From Acidobacteriota bacterium (lineage in GTDB: Bacteria > Acidobacteriota > Vicinamibacteria > Vicinamibacterales > CAVVIG01), in contig QHWB01000034.1 in assembly GCA_003222395.1 (NCBI GenBank), positions 147,645-211,644 of the forward strand: DNA of 64,000 nt. The letters are read 5' to 3'. Made by a program: the position numbers and the translations under genes. Below, piece after piece: positions 36,288-44,787 of the stretch; position 1 is the first letter of the stretch; every line of letters starts with the position of its first letter. Under the pieces are notes generated by a model. The model worked only from the letters and a program-made list of their open reading frames with translations, was not told the DNA's origin and searched no databases.

Positions 36288-37723
36288 GCGCCGCGGACGC
36301 GAACATTGACGCCGTCGTCATCGGCGGAGGTCCTGCCGGATCGGCAGCGGCGCGGCTGCTGACCACGTGGGGGCACGACGTCGTCGTCCTGACGACGACT
36401 CCCGATCGGTCGCGCGGACTTGCCGAATCGCTTCCTCCGAGCACGCAGAGGGTTCTCGCGGAGGTCGGTGTGCTCGATGCCGTGGACGGCGCCGGCTTCT
36501 ATCGCTCGACGGGCAACACGTCCTGCTGGGCGTCGCGCGAGCGGCGCGTCGAGACATTCGGCTCGCTCGGTTACCAGATCTTCAGACCCGATTTCGATCG
36601 CCTGCTCCTCGACCGCGCGGCGGCCGCGGGCGCCGACGTGCGGGAAGGAACGCGCGTCGGCGCGGTCCGCGTCGCGGACGACGGCGTTCGCGTGGACTAC
36701 ACGCTGAACGGTCGCCCCTCGAGTACCTCGGCTCAACTGGTCATCGATTGTTCGGGAAGAGCGGGCGTCGTCGCGCGGCGCATGCGCAAGTACGAACCGT
36801 CATATCGAACGTACGCGATCGTGGGCGTCTGGCGCAGCGATGACGGCTGGGAGCTGTCCGACGAAACGCACACGGTCGTCGAAACGTTCGAGCACGGCTG
36901 GGCATGGTCGGTGCCGGTGGATCGATCGACGCGCCACGTTGGCGCGATGGTGGATGGTACGTCGCCGCGCGCGGCCACGGGCCGCGAGCTCGAGGCCGCG
37001 TATCGCGGCGAGATCGCGAAGACCGTCGAGATGCGCCGGCTGCTCGCCGGCGCCGGACTGCTGCGCGTGTTCGCCTGCGACGCGTCGCTGTATTCGTCGC
37101 GCGCCTACGCCGGACCGCGGTTCCTGCTCGCGGGCGACGCCGCATCCTTCATCGATCCGCTCTCCTCGTTCGGCGTGAAGAAGGCGCTGGCGTCGGCGTG
37201 GATGGCCGCGGTAACGGCCCACACATGCCTGCTGCATCCGGATCGCCGCCCGGTGGCGGTTGATTTTTTTTCGAACTGGGAGCGCCAGGTTTACGCCGCC
37301 AGCCTGAGGCATTCGCGCGATTTTGCACGCCAGGCATCGGAGCGGCATCCCCACCCATTCTGGGCGGCGCGCGCGGGAGTTGACGTACCACCGCAGGACG
37401 ACATGGACGCTCCGGACGTGCGCGCGGCATTCGAACGCATCAAAGGGGCGTCGTCGATCGCCTTCCGGCTCGCCGACGACGTCCGCCTGGAGAAAGCGGC
37501 GGTGATTCGGGACCACGAGATCGTCGTCGAGGATGCATTTCCGGGTATCCGGTTCTTCGAGAATGTCGATCTCGTGAAGCTCGCCCACATCGCCTGCCAG
37601 CACACGCGCGTGCCCGACGTGTTCGACGCGTATTGCCGCGCGCAGTCGCCGGCGCCGCTACCGTCCGTCATCGCGGGTTTGTGTCTCCTCGTGACCAAAG
37701 GAATCCTTCAGACGCGAGCGTGA
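36284..37723 (+). CDS. qhpG: FAD-dependent monooxygenase (flavin halogenase/geranylgeranyl-reductase-like fold); candidate QhpG
   Basis: GTG 36284 overlaps the upstream stop (GTGA). 'DAVVIGGGPAGSAAA' is G-x-G-x-x-G. 'LLAGDAASFIDPLSSFGVKKAL' is the G-D-A-x-x-F-x-D-P motif of this fold. It is the only such gene next to the qhp structural genes. Confidence 0.6.
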   Translation: MSAADANIDAVVIGGGPAGSAAARLLTTWGHDVVVLTTTPDRSRGLAESLPPSTQRVLAEVGVLDAVDGAGFYRSTGNTSCWASRERRVETFGSLGYQIFRPDFDRLLLDRAAAAGADVREGTRVGAVRVADDGVRVDYTLNGRPSSTSAQLVIDCSGRAGVVARRMRKYEPSYRTYAIVGVWRSDDGWELSDETHTVVETFEHGWAWSVPVDRSTRHVGAMVDGTSPRAATGRELEAAYRGEIAKTVEMRRLLAGAGLLRVFACDASLYSSRAYAGPRFLLAGDAASFIDPLSSFGVKKALASAWMAAVTAHTCLLHPDRRPVAVDFFSNWERQVYAASLRHSRDFARQASERHPHPFWAARAGVDVPPQDDMDAPDVRAAFERIKGASSIAFRLADDVRLEKAAVIRDHEIVVEDAFPGIRFFENVDLVKLAHIACQHTRVPDVFDAYCRAQSPAPLPSVIAGLCLLVTKGILQTRA

Positions 37724-37735
37724 GTATCTTGAATC

Positions 37736-37764
37736 TTGACACCTTACGGGCGGCGGCGTAGAGT
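37736..37764 (+). promoter_or_regulatory. Sigma70-like promoter upstream of the TBDR-like/qhp copy-1 unit
   Basis: TTGACA (37736-37741), 17-nt spacer, TAGAGT (37759-37764). An SD 'GGGGAGGG' precedes ATG 37852. Confidence 0.45.
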
Positions 37765-37851
37765 CGCGCGCAATTTCAATTTCGCGTCATCTCCCTCAAT
37801 TAATCGGCGACCACCGCGATCTTTCGTCTCTTCAAAAGCGGGGAGGGTTGT

Positions 37852-40611
37852 ATGAACCGGTTGTGTGCAGTCCTAGTCCTGCTGCTGGTCGTCGCGGTGG
37901 CCGCGCCGGCGGCCGCGCAGCGGACAACGGGCGAGATCTTCGGTAAAGTCGTCGACGAGAGCGGAAACATTCTGCCGGGCGTCACCGTCACGCTGCGTGG
38001 CGCGGGCGTCGCCGGAGCGCCAACCGCGGTCACCTCCGAGACCGGGACGTACCGGTTTCCCGTCCTGCCGCCAGGCACCTATAGCCTCGAGTACACGCTT
38101 CCCGGATTTGCGACACTGAGACGCGAAGCGATTCCAGTCGACGTCGGCGCGACCGTCGAGCTCGACGCGTCGATGAAGATCGGCGCCATCGAGGAGGCGG
38201 TGACGGTGACGGGCGAATCGCCCGTCGTCAACCTGTCGTCGTCGCAGGTGAGCACGGCCTACAACCACGAATGGGTGATGAACGCGCCCGTGCGGCGTTT
38301 CTCCTATTTCGATCTGATCAACTCCGCTCCCGGCGTGAGCGCGACCTCCAACGTCGGCCAGAGCACGGCGGCGCAGTCGTTGGGTAACAGCACCAACGAG
38401 AACTCCTATCAGATCGACGGCACCGACATCAGTTCGACGCCGTGGCCGAATACCGACGCGGTCGAGACGGTGGAAGTGCTGCAGCTGGGCGCATCGGCCG
38501 AGTACGGCAACGTGCAGGGCGCCGTCTTCAACATCGTCACGCGAATGGGCGGCAACGTCTTTCACGGCGACGCGAATTTCTACTTTCAGAATGACGCGCT
38601 CACCGGCCGGAACACCACGGACGCGGTCGACAAAGGGTTCCCGTATCACCGGGACAAGTGGCGAGACGCCACGATCCAGGCCACGGGTCCGTTCATACTC
38701 GACAAGTTCTGGTTCTTCGGCTCGTTGGAATACCAGCGGGACTGGGATTCACAACCTGGTACGGATCCGAAGTCGCCAGTGAAGAACGACTCGCGGCGTG
38801 TGTTCTGGAAGTTCAACTACAACATCACGCCGAACCATCGGCTGATGCATGGCTACCACAACGACTACTACTTCATTCCGGACATCACGTCCGAGTTCAC
38901 TGCGCCGAGCACCATTTCACTCAGCCATGGCGATAATCCGACGCCCAACCTTGTGTACACCGGTGTGCTGTCGGACAAAACGTTCATCGAGACGCGGTAC
39001 TCCGGTTTCTGGCTGCACAGCTCCAACGATCCGAACGAGTCCGGAGTCTCGCGCGTGCAGCCGCGATTGGAGGATCAGGACACCGGCTTCATCACGGGCG
39101 GCATCGGCCAATGGACCGAGAACCGGAGCTGGCGGTACGGCCTACAGACGAAGGTGTCGCATCTCACGGGGAACGTTCTCGGCGGTACGCACGAATGGAA
39201 GTCCGGCATTCAGTACGTCGGCCATGGCGCCGACACCGTCACCGGCAATAACGATCTCTATCTCACGTACAACGTCACGCACCGCCCGACCACGGGTACC
39301 ACGCAGTTGCCGTATCACGCGGGATCGATGGCTCGAGCGCTCGGCCTGTACGTCGACGACACGTACCGCGTGGGCAACGCCGTCATCAACCTCGGCGTAC
39401 GGTACGACTACAGCAAGGGACTGTTTCAGGCGCTTCCGTTCCTCGATGCGCAAGGGAATCCGACAGGGCTGATGTCGCCGGCCAACGATGATGTCTATCA
39501 CTGGAACACGGTCTCGCCGCGCGCCGGCATCAACTACAGAGTCAACAGCTCGGGAAGAACGCTGCTGAAGGCGCATTTCGGGCGGTATTACAAGCTGCTC
39601 GAAGCCTCGGAATTCCGGCCGGCGGTTCCGTCGGTCACGACGCTGAACACCTTCACGCTGGACTCTGCCGGCAACCGCACTAACATCGTGCCGACTGCCG
39701 CCGCGAACCTGCGCATCGATCCCAACTTCAAGTCGCCGTACAGCAACCAATTCATCGCGCAGCTCGAGCAGGAGTTGGTGGCCAATCTTGGTTTGCAGGT
39801 GAATTACGTTCACAAGTACGGACAGGACTACGGCGCCTGGCAGGACATCACCGGACAGTACGTGCAGGTGCCGTACGTTGACAATCTCGGAACCGGCGCG
39901 ACGGGCCAGACCGTCATGGTCTACAAGCTCACATCCAATGCAGCCGACCGGGTGTTCCTGCAAACGAATCCCGCCGGGATGTACATGCGGTACAACGGCG
40001 TCACGTTCATGGCGACCAAACGGATGTCGAACAACTGGCAGGGCGTCGTCTCGCTGGTGCTCTCGAAAGCGGAAGGGCGGCTCGCCTCCAGTGCAAGGTT
40101 CAGTCCGGTGACGTCGCAGAGCAGTCTGGCGACCTCTCCGAGCGGTTCAGCACAGTTCGGTCGCGAGACAGCTGGCCCCAACGACTTCGTCAACACGGAA
40201 GGGCGGCTCGTAGGCGATCGGCCCGTTGTGGCCAAAGCACAACTCGTGTACCGGTTCCCCTGGGGCATTCTCGCGTCCGGGAACTTACAGCACCAGACCG
40301 GCCGCTTCTACTCGCGCCAGGTGCGCGTCAGTGGACTCGGCTTCCCGGCCGCCGTTCAGATCAACATGGAGTCGAACACCGGCACGCGCCGCGTGGCCGC
40401 CGTCAATCTGTTCGATGCGCGCGTGCAGAAGGAATTCGCGCTGAACGGAAGCCCGATCAGGTTCGACGTCTTCATCGACGCGCTCAACCTGACCAACAGC
40501 GATCAGTACGAGTCGGTTGGATCGTCGCTCGGCACCTCGTCGGCGTTCGGCGTCCCGACGCGATACATCTCGCCGCGCCGAATGCAGCTCGGCGCGAAGA
40601 TTCGATGGTAG
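37852..40611 (+). CDS. TonB-dependent-receptor-like outer-membrane protein (carboxypeptidase-regulatory-like N-domain), qhp-linked copy 1
   Basis: Signal 'MNRLCAVLVLLLVVAVAAPAAAQ'; 'GVTVTLRGAGVAG…ETGTYRFPVLPPGTYSLEYTLPGF'; C-terminal 'RRMQLGAKIRW'. Confidence 0.8.
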   Translation: MNRLCAVLVLLLVVAVAAPAAAQRTTGEIFGKVVDESGNILPGVTVTLRGAGVAGAPTAVTSETGTYRFPVLPPGTYSLEYTLPGFATLRREAIPVDVGATVELDASMKIGAIEEAVTVTGESPVVNLSSSQVSTAYNHEWVMNAPVRRFSYFDLINSAPGVSATSNVGQSTAAQSLGNSTNENSYQIDGTDISSTPWPNTDAVETVEVLQLGASAEYGNVQGAVFNIVTRMGGNVFHGDANFYFQNDALTGRNTTDAVDKGFPYHRDKWRDATIQATGPFILDKFWFFGSLEYQRDWDSQPGTDPKSPVKNDSRRVFWKFNYNITPNHRLMHGYHNDYYFIPDITSEFTAPSTISLSHGDNPTPNLVYTGVLSDKTFIETRYSGFWLHSSNDPNESGVSRVQPRLEDQDTGFITGGIGQWTENRSWRYGLQTKVSHLTGNVLGGTHEWKSGIQYVGHGADTVTGNNDLYLTYNVTHRPTTGTTQLPYHAGSMARALGLYVDDTYRVGNAVINLGVRYDYSKGLFQALPFLDAQGNPTGLMSPANDDVYHWNTVSPRAGINYRVNSSGRTLLKAHFGRYYKLLEASEFRPAVPSVTTLNTFTLDSAGNRTNIVPTAAANLRIDPNFKSPYSNQFIAQLEQELVANLGLQVNYVHKYGQDYGAWQDITGQYVQVPYVDNLGTGATGQTVMVYKLTSNAADRVFLQTNPAGMYMRYNGVTFMATKRMSNNWQGVVSLVLSKAEGRLASSARFSPVTSQSSLATSPSGSAQFGRETAGPNDFVNTEGRLVGDRPVVAKAQLVYRFPWGILASGNLQHQTGRFYSRQVRVSGLGFPAAVQINMESNTGTRRVAAVNLFDARVQKEFALNGSPIRFDVFIDALNLTNSDQYESVGSSLGTSSAFGVPTRYISPRRMQLGAKIRW

Positions 40612-40696
40612 TGGACGGTCTTTAGACCGTCCCACACCGGCACGGTCTGAGACCGTGCCCACCGGAGGTCCCGAGGATACGAAGAGGGAGAATCTC

Positions 40697-41104
40697 ATGA
40701 CATATCTCAGAACCGCGGCCATCGCGCTCCTCGTCTTCGCCATCAGCGCGTCGGCGTTTGCCGGCGATTTGCAGGACAGCATCGCGAAAGCGGCGCAGCA
40801 ACAACAGCAGGAGGAACGGGCGCCGACGAGACACACGAACAAACCGCTGGTCTACACGGGTGCGGCACTGTTCGTCGGCGGCATGGCCGTCGGGCTGTTC
40901 TCGTTCATCAACAATAAGAACGGCTCCTTCTCCGAGTTCGGAGAAGCCAACGCGGTCAACAAGCCGCTCGGCGCCGCGGGTCTCGCCACGGCGTTCGTCG
41001 GCGGGACGATGATGTTCCTTGGCAGCCACAGAGCTAACACAAAAGCGCCGTCGGTCACGATTGGCGCGCGTCAGCTCAAGGTGGTCAAGCAATTGTCGTG
41101 GTGA
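40697..41104 (+). CDS. Small secreted/membrane protein of unknown function (135 aa; signal peptide, two Gly-rich hydrophobic segments, C-terminal …KQLSW), qhp-linked copy 1
   Basis: ATG 40697 with the SD 'GAGGGAG'. 'LLVFAISASAFA|GDLQDSIAKAA', Gly-zipper-like 'GAALFVGGMAVGLFSF' and 'GAAGLATAFVGGTMMFLG'. The stop is 4 nt before qhpA. A clear paralogue lies at 53933..54337. Confidence 0.7.
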   Translation: MTYLRTAAIALLVFAISASAFAGDLQDSIAKAAQQQQQEERAPTRHTNKPLVYTGAALFVGGMAVGLFSFINNKNGSFSEFGEANAVNKPLGAAGLATAFVGGTMMFLGSHRANTKAPSVTIGARQLKVVKQLSW

Positions 41105-41108
41105 CGCG

Positions 41109-42899
41109 ATGTTGAAACCAATTGGTTGTGTTCTGGGTGTGGTTCTCGCGGCGACGTTGGTGCCACGCGCCGTGGCCGATTCCTCTCAGGCACCGGCGAA
41201 TCGGGCCGCACAGACGGCGCAGCCGGGCGGCGAATCGAGAGGCGACGAAGGCATTCCGGTCACCAGCGATCTGGTCAAGCGGAAATGCGGCACCTGCCAT
41301 CTGCCCGACGAAAAAGGCCGGCTGTCGCGCATCTCGTACCGCCGAACGACTCCCGAGGGATGGGAGCAGACGATCAAGCGGATGATCACGCTCAACAACG
41401 TCCCTCTCGAGCCGGCCGAAGCGCGCGACATCGTGCGGTACCTCGCCGATCATCATGGGCTCGCGCCCGACGAGGCGAAGGCGGCGGCATTCGAGGTCGA
41501 GCGCCGGCTCATCGAATACTCATATCCCGGTGACAAAGACACCGAGCGGACGTGCAGCACGTGTCACTCGATGGGTCGTGTTGTCGCCCAGCGGCGCACC
41601 AAGGAAGAGTGGACGCTGCTGTTGGAAATGCACCGCGCGATTTATCCAGGCACGGATACCGTGTTCCGGCGCGGTCTCGGCCAGCGCCGCGGAGGCGCGC
41701 CGCAGTCGGGCGCGCCGCCGGAAGACACCAGACACCCGATGGACCGGGCGATCGAACATCTCTCGTCAACGTTCCCGCTCACGACTGCGGAATGGGCGGC
41801 GTGGTCGGCGACCATGCGGCCACCGCAGCTGCAGGGGCGATGGGCGCTCGCCGGTTATCAACCGGGCCGCGGTCCGGTATTCGGACAAGTGATCGTCAGC
41901 AATCAGGGCGATCCGAGCAGCGGTGATTTCACGACCGAAACCACTTTTACGTACGCGCGCGGGGGACAGACCGTGACGCGCCGCGGCCGCGGTCTCGTGT
42001 ACACGGGGTTTCAGTGGCGCGGCCGATCGAGCGGCGACGGAACGCCGTTCACGATCCCGGGCGTCAGCACCGACTGGCGGGAAGTGTTGTTCGTCGATCG
42101 CGAGTGGCGGAGCGCCGAAGGCCGTTGGTTCACGGGCGGATACAACGAACTGGGGCTGGATGTGCGGCTGCGACGCGTCGGCGCCGATCCGATCGTCCTC
42201 GGCGTCGCCGAGCCGATGATCAAGGCCGGCGTCTCGCAACAGGAGCTGCACCTGTACGGCGCGAACCTTCCGGCAAGTCCATCGCAAGCGGACGTGAACT
42301 TCGGCCCCGGCGTCACGGTCGATCGCATTGTCAGCTCGACGCCGACGCAGATGGTCGTGTCGGTGTCGGTCGCGCCGGGCGCGGCGGTCGGACGGCGCGC
42401 CGTCATTCTTGGCGGCGCCACCGGCGAGGCGGACGTGGCCGTCTACAACACGATCGACTACATCAAAGTGCGTCCGCAGGCCGGCATCGCGCGGCTGGGC
42501 GGCGCGGCGCAGTTCCCGAAGGGATTTCAACAGTTCGAAGCGATCGCGTACGCGAAAGGACCCGACGGAAAGGCCGACACGAAAGACGACGTCGAGCTCG
42601 GACTGATCGACGCGTACTGGACGCTCGAGGAGTACACGGCGACGTTCAACGACGACGACAAGGAGTTCGTCGGCGACATCAACGCCGAGACGGGACTGTT
42701 CACGCCGAACGTCGACGGTCCGAACCCGAAGCGGAGACACAACGCCAACAACTACGGCGACGTCTGGGTCGTGGCCTCGTATCCCCGCAGTCTCGCGATG
42801 AACCGCGGATCGAACGTGCGATCGGTCAAGGGGCGCGCGCACCTGCTGGTTACCGTTCCGGCGTACATCCTCTTCGAACAACCGGAGGTCGGCAGATGA
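41109..42899 (+). CDS. qhpA: Quinohemoprotein amine dehydrogenase alpha subunit (diheme cytochrome c plus beta-barrel domains), copy 1
   Basis: Signal peptide; two C-x-x-C-H sites ('KCGTCH', 'TCSTCH'); 'LSRISYRRTTPEGWEQTIKRM' and 'IVRYLADHHGLAP' match my recollection of the QHNDH alpha heme-binding domain. Confidence 0.85.
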   Translation: MLKPIGCVLGVVLAATLVPRAVADSSQAPANRAAQTAQPGGESRGDEGIPVTSDLVKRKCGTCHLPDEKGRLSRISYRRTTPEGWEQTIKRMITLNNVPLEPAEARDIVRYLADHHGLAPDEAKAAAFEVERRLIEYSYPGDKDTERTCSTCHSMGRVVAQRRTKEEWTLLLEMHRAIYPGTDTVFRRGLGQRRGGAPQSGAPPEDTRHPMDRAIEHLSSTFPLTTAEWAAWSATMRPPQLQGRWALAGYQPGRGPVFGQVIVSNQGDPSSGDFTTETTFTYARGGQTVTRRGRGLVYTGFQWRGRSSGDGTPFTIPGVSTDWREVLFVDREWRSAEGRWFTGGYNELGLDVRLRRVGADPIVLGVAEPMIKAGVSQQELHLYGANLPASPSQADVNFGPGVTVDRIVSSTPTQMVVSVSVAPGAAVGRRAVILGGATGEADVAVYNTIDYIKVRPQAGIARLGGAAQFPKGFQQFEAIAYAKGPDGKADTKDDVELGLIDAYWTLEEYTATFNDDDKEFVGDINAETGLFTPNVDGPNPKRRHNANNYGDVWVVASYPRSLAMNRGSNVRSVKGRAHLLVTVPAYILFEQPEVGR

Positions 42900-44374
42900 T
42901 CACGCTGGCGCCTCGCGAGTTCCACCTGTTCCAGGCGGCGGGCCGCGATTTCCTGTACCTCGTGCCGAGCGCGGCGATCTTCGCGCTCGACGACATCACG
43001 TCGGCCGTGCTCGCAGCCGTAACTGAAACGAAACGTACCGAGGCCGCCGTCGTCGACGCGCTCGCCGAACGGTTCGACGGCGCCACGGTTCACGAAGCCG
43101 TTGCCGACCTCCTGGCCGTCCGCGCGATTGGGTACGAGCACGAGCCCGAGTCGCGCACGCCGCGAGTGCTCCCGTTGATGCCCGCATCGTTGAGCACCGG
43201 GCGGAGCGGCGTCATCCCGCTCACGACGATGGTGATGAACGTCACGAACCAGTGCAACCTGGCGTGCACGTACTGCTATGAGTACGGCGAGGACAAGATC
43301 GTCGACACCGAGCACGGCAAGAAACCGAAGTTCATGTCCGAGCAGACGGCGCGCGAAAGCGTCGAGTTCCTGCTCAGGGAAAGCGGCACCGTTGCGCATC
43401 TGACGTTCTTCGGCGGCGAGACGCTGCTCAATTTTCCGGTGCTGCAATCGACCGTGGCTTACGGCCGGCGGCGCGCCGCGGAGCTCGGGAAATCGATCGA
43501 CTTCAGCCTCACGACCAACGCCACGCTGCTGAGACCGGAGATCATCGAGTTCCTCGTGGAGAACGACGTCGGCGTCACGATCTCGATCGATGGTCCGCGC
43601 GAGATGCAGGACAGGTTCCGCGTCTTCCACAACGGCGCCGGCAGCTACGACGTCGTCGCGCCGAAGATCAAGGAGCTGTTGAAACGGCATCGGAGCAAGC
43701 CGATCGCCGCGCGCGTCACGTTGACGTCGGGCACGCTCGACATCACCCGCATCTATCGCCATCTGACCGAGGAGATTGGCTTCGGCGAGGTCGGATTCGC
43801 GCCGGTCACGACGTCTCCCGGTCAGGGGTACGCGATCGGCGAGCGTGGGTTCGATACCATGCTCGCGCAGTTCCGCGCGCTCGCGCAGGAGTGGCTCGAG
43901 TGCAGTCTCGCGAACCGGCATCACGGCTTCTCGAACGTCACCGAATCGCTCGAAGAGATTCACAAGGGCGTCAGCAAGGCGTATCCGTGCGGCGCTGGTC
44001 TGGGTCTCCTGGGAGTGTCGACCGACGGCGACGTCGCGTTGTGTCATCGGTTCGCGGGATCGGACGCGCACAAGCTGGGCACGGTGCGCGACGGCGTGGA
44101 TCGCGATGCGCAGGTCGCCTTCCTCGAGCGGAATCACATCGCCGACAAAACCGACTGCAGCAGGTGCTGGGCGCGTCCGTTGTGCTCCGGCGGCTGCTAT
44201 CACGAAGCGCACGTGCGCTACGGCACGACGACGCATCCGAATCTTCACTACTGCGAGTGGATTCGCGGATGGACCGACACGTGCCTGCGGCTCTACGGTG
44301 AATTGTCCGAGCGAAACCCGGCGTTCCTGGCCCGGTTCGATCGAGAGGAAGCGAAGGCGGAGGCGGTGGTGTGA
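42896..44374 (+). CDS. qhpD: Radical SAM/SPASM peptide maturase for the gamma subunit (QhpD), copy 1
   Basis: ATGA overlap with qhpA. 'NVTNQCNLACTYCYEYG' is C-x3-C-x2-C. The C-terminal SPASM cysteine cluster is 'CGAGLGLLGVSTDGDVALCHRF…CSRCWARPLCSGGCYHEA'. Confidence 0.85.
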   Translation: MITLAPREFHLFQAAGRDFLYLVPSAAIFALDDITSAVLAAVTETKRTEAAVVDALAERFDGATVHEAVADLLAVRAIGYEHEPESRTPRVLPLMPASLSTGRSGVIPLTTMVMNVTNQCNLACTYCYEYGEDKIVDTEHGKKPKFMSEQTARESVEFLLRESGTVAHLTFFGGETLLNFPVLQSTVAYGRRRAAELGKSIDFSLTTNATLLRPEIIEFLVENDVGVTISIDGPREMQDRFRVFHNGAGSYDVVAPKIKELLKRHRSKPIAARVTLTSGTLDITRIYRHLTEEIGFGEVGFAPVTTSPGQGYAIGERGFDTMLAQFRALAQEWLECSLANRHHGFSNVTESLEEIHKGVSKAYPCGAGLGLLGVSTDGDVALCHRFAGSDAHKLGTVRDGVDRDAQVAFLERNHIADKTDCSRCWARPLCSGGCYHEAHVRYGTTTHPNLHYCEWIRGWTDTCLRLYGELSERNPAFLARFDREEAKAEAVV

Positions 44375-44375
44375 C

Positions 44376-44399
44376 GCAGCCCTGAAGGGCTGCGCTACC
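44376..44399 (+). repeat. Hairpin-family member in the 39-nt qhpD1-qhpC1 spacer
   Basis: 'GCAGCCCtgaaGGGCTGCgctacc', a 7-bp perfect stem. It starts 2 nt after the qhpD stop and sits just before the SD 'AAGAGGAG' of qhpC. Confidence 0.5.
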
Positions 44400-44413
44400 A
44401 AGAGGAGTAACAC

Positions 44414-44746
44414 ATGCGTCATCTCAAACCGATCAATCAAAAGGCTGGCCGCGTCGTCGACTTCGTGGCGAATCAGAAGCACGACGTCGTCGCGCTGCAG
44501 CAGCCGCCGTTCCGGCCGCATCTTCCGCTGGGATGCACCTCCCTCTTCTCGCCCGGCTGGGAAGCGGATCAGGCGGGCGGGACGGCCGGACTCTGCACGC
44601 CCGTCGAGCGCGACATCTTCGACTGTCACATCAGCTGCTTCTGGCCGGCGCAGGTACCCGACATGCTGAATCACTCGCCCGACTGGACGGGCAAGTGCGC
44701 CGCCGCGCAGAAGGACTGGCGGAAGATCGATCTCGTGTTCCCGTGA
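44414..44746 (+). CDS. qhpC: Quinohemoprotein amine dehydrogenase gamma subunit precursor (CTQ / thioether cross-linked peptide), copy 1
   Basis: 110 aa. The core 'GCTSLFSPGWEADQAGGTAGLCTPVERDIFDCHISCFWPAQVPD' has Cys, Glu, Cys, Asp, Cys, Cys, Trp, Asp at relative positions 0, +9, +20, +26, +30, +34, +36, +42. As I recall, this is the Cys7/Glu16/Cys27/Asp33/Cys37/Cys41/Trp43/Asp49 pattern of the characterised gamma subunits. Confidence 0.85.
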   Translation: MRHLKPINQKAGRVVDFVANQKHDVVALQQPPFRPHLPLGCTSLFSPGWEADQAGGTAGLCTPVERDIFDCHISCFWPAQVPDMLNHSPDWTGKCAAAQKDWRKIDLVFP

Positions 44747-44787
44747 GCGCACGCCAGCCGGACCGCTTGAATCGGGAGATCAATGAC

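Noticed and set aside
42896-44374. QhpD-type radical SAM enzymes (also 58144-59574) read as anaerobic sulfatase-maturating enzymes for the nearby sulfatase-fold genes
   Set aside because: Both are SPASM-type radical SAM proteins and sulfatase-fold genes are close by, so automated annotation could call them anSME. However, the sulfatase-fold proteins lack the C/S-x-P-x-R substrate motif (they have T-x-P-x-H). Each radical SAM gene is also translationally coupled to qhpA and immediately precedes a qhpC precursor.
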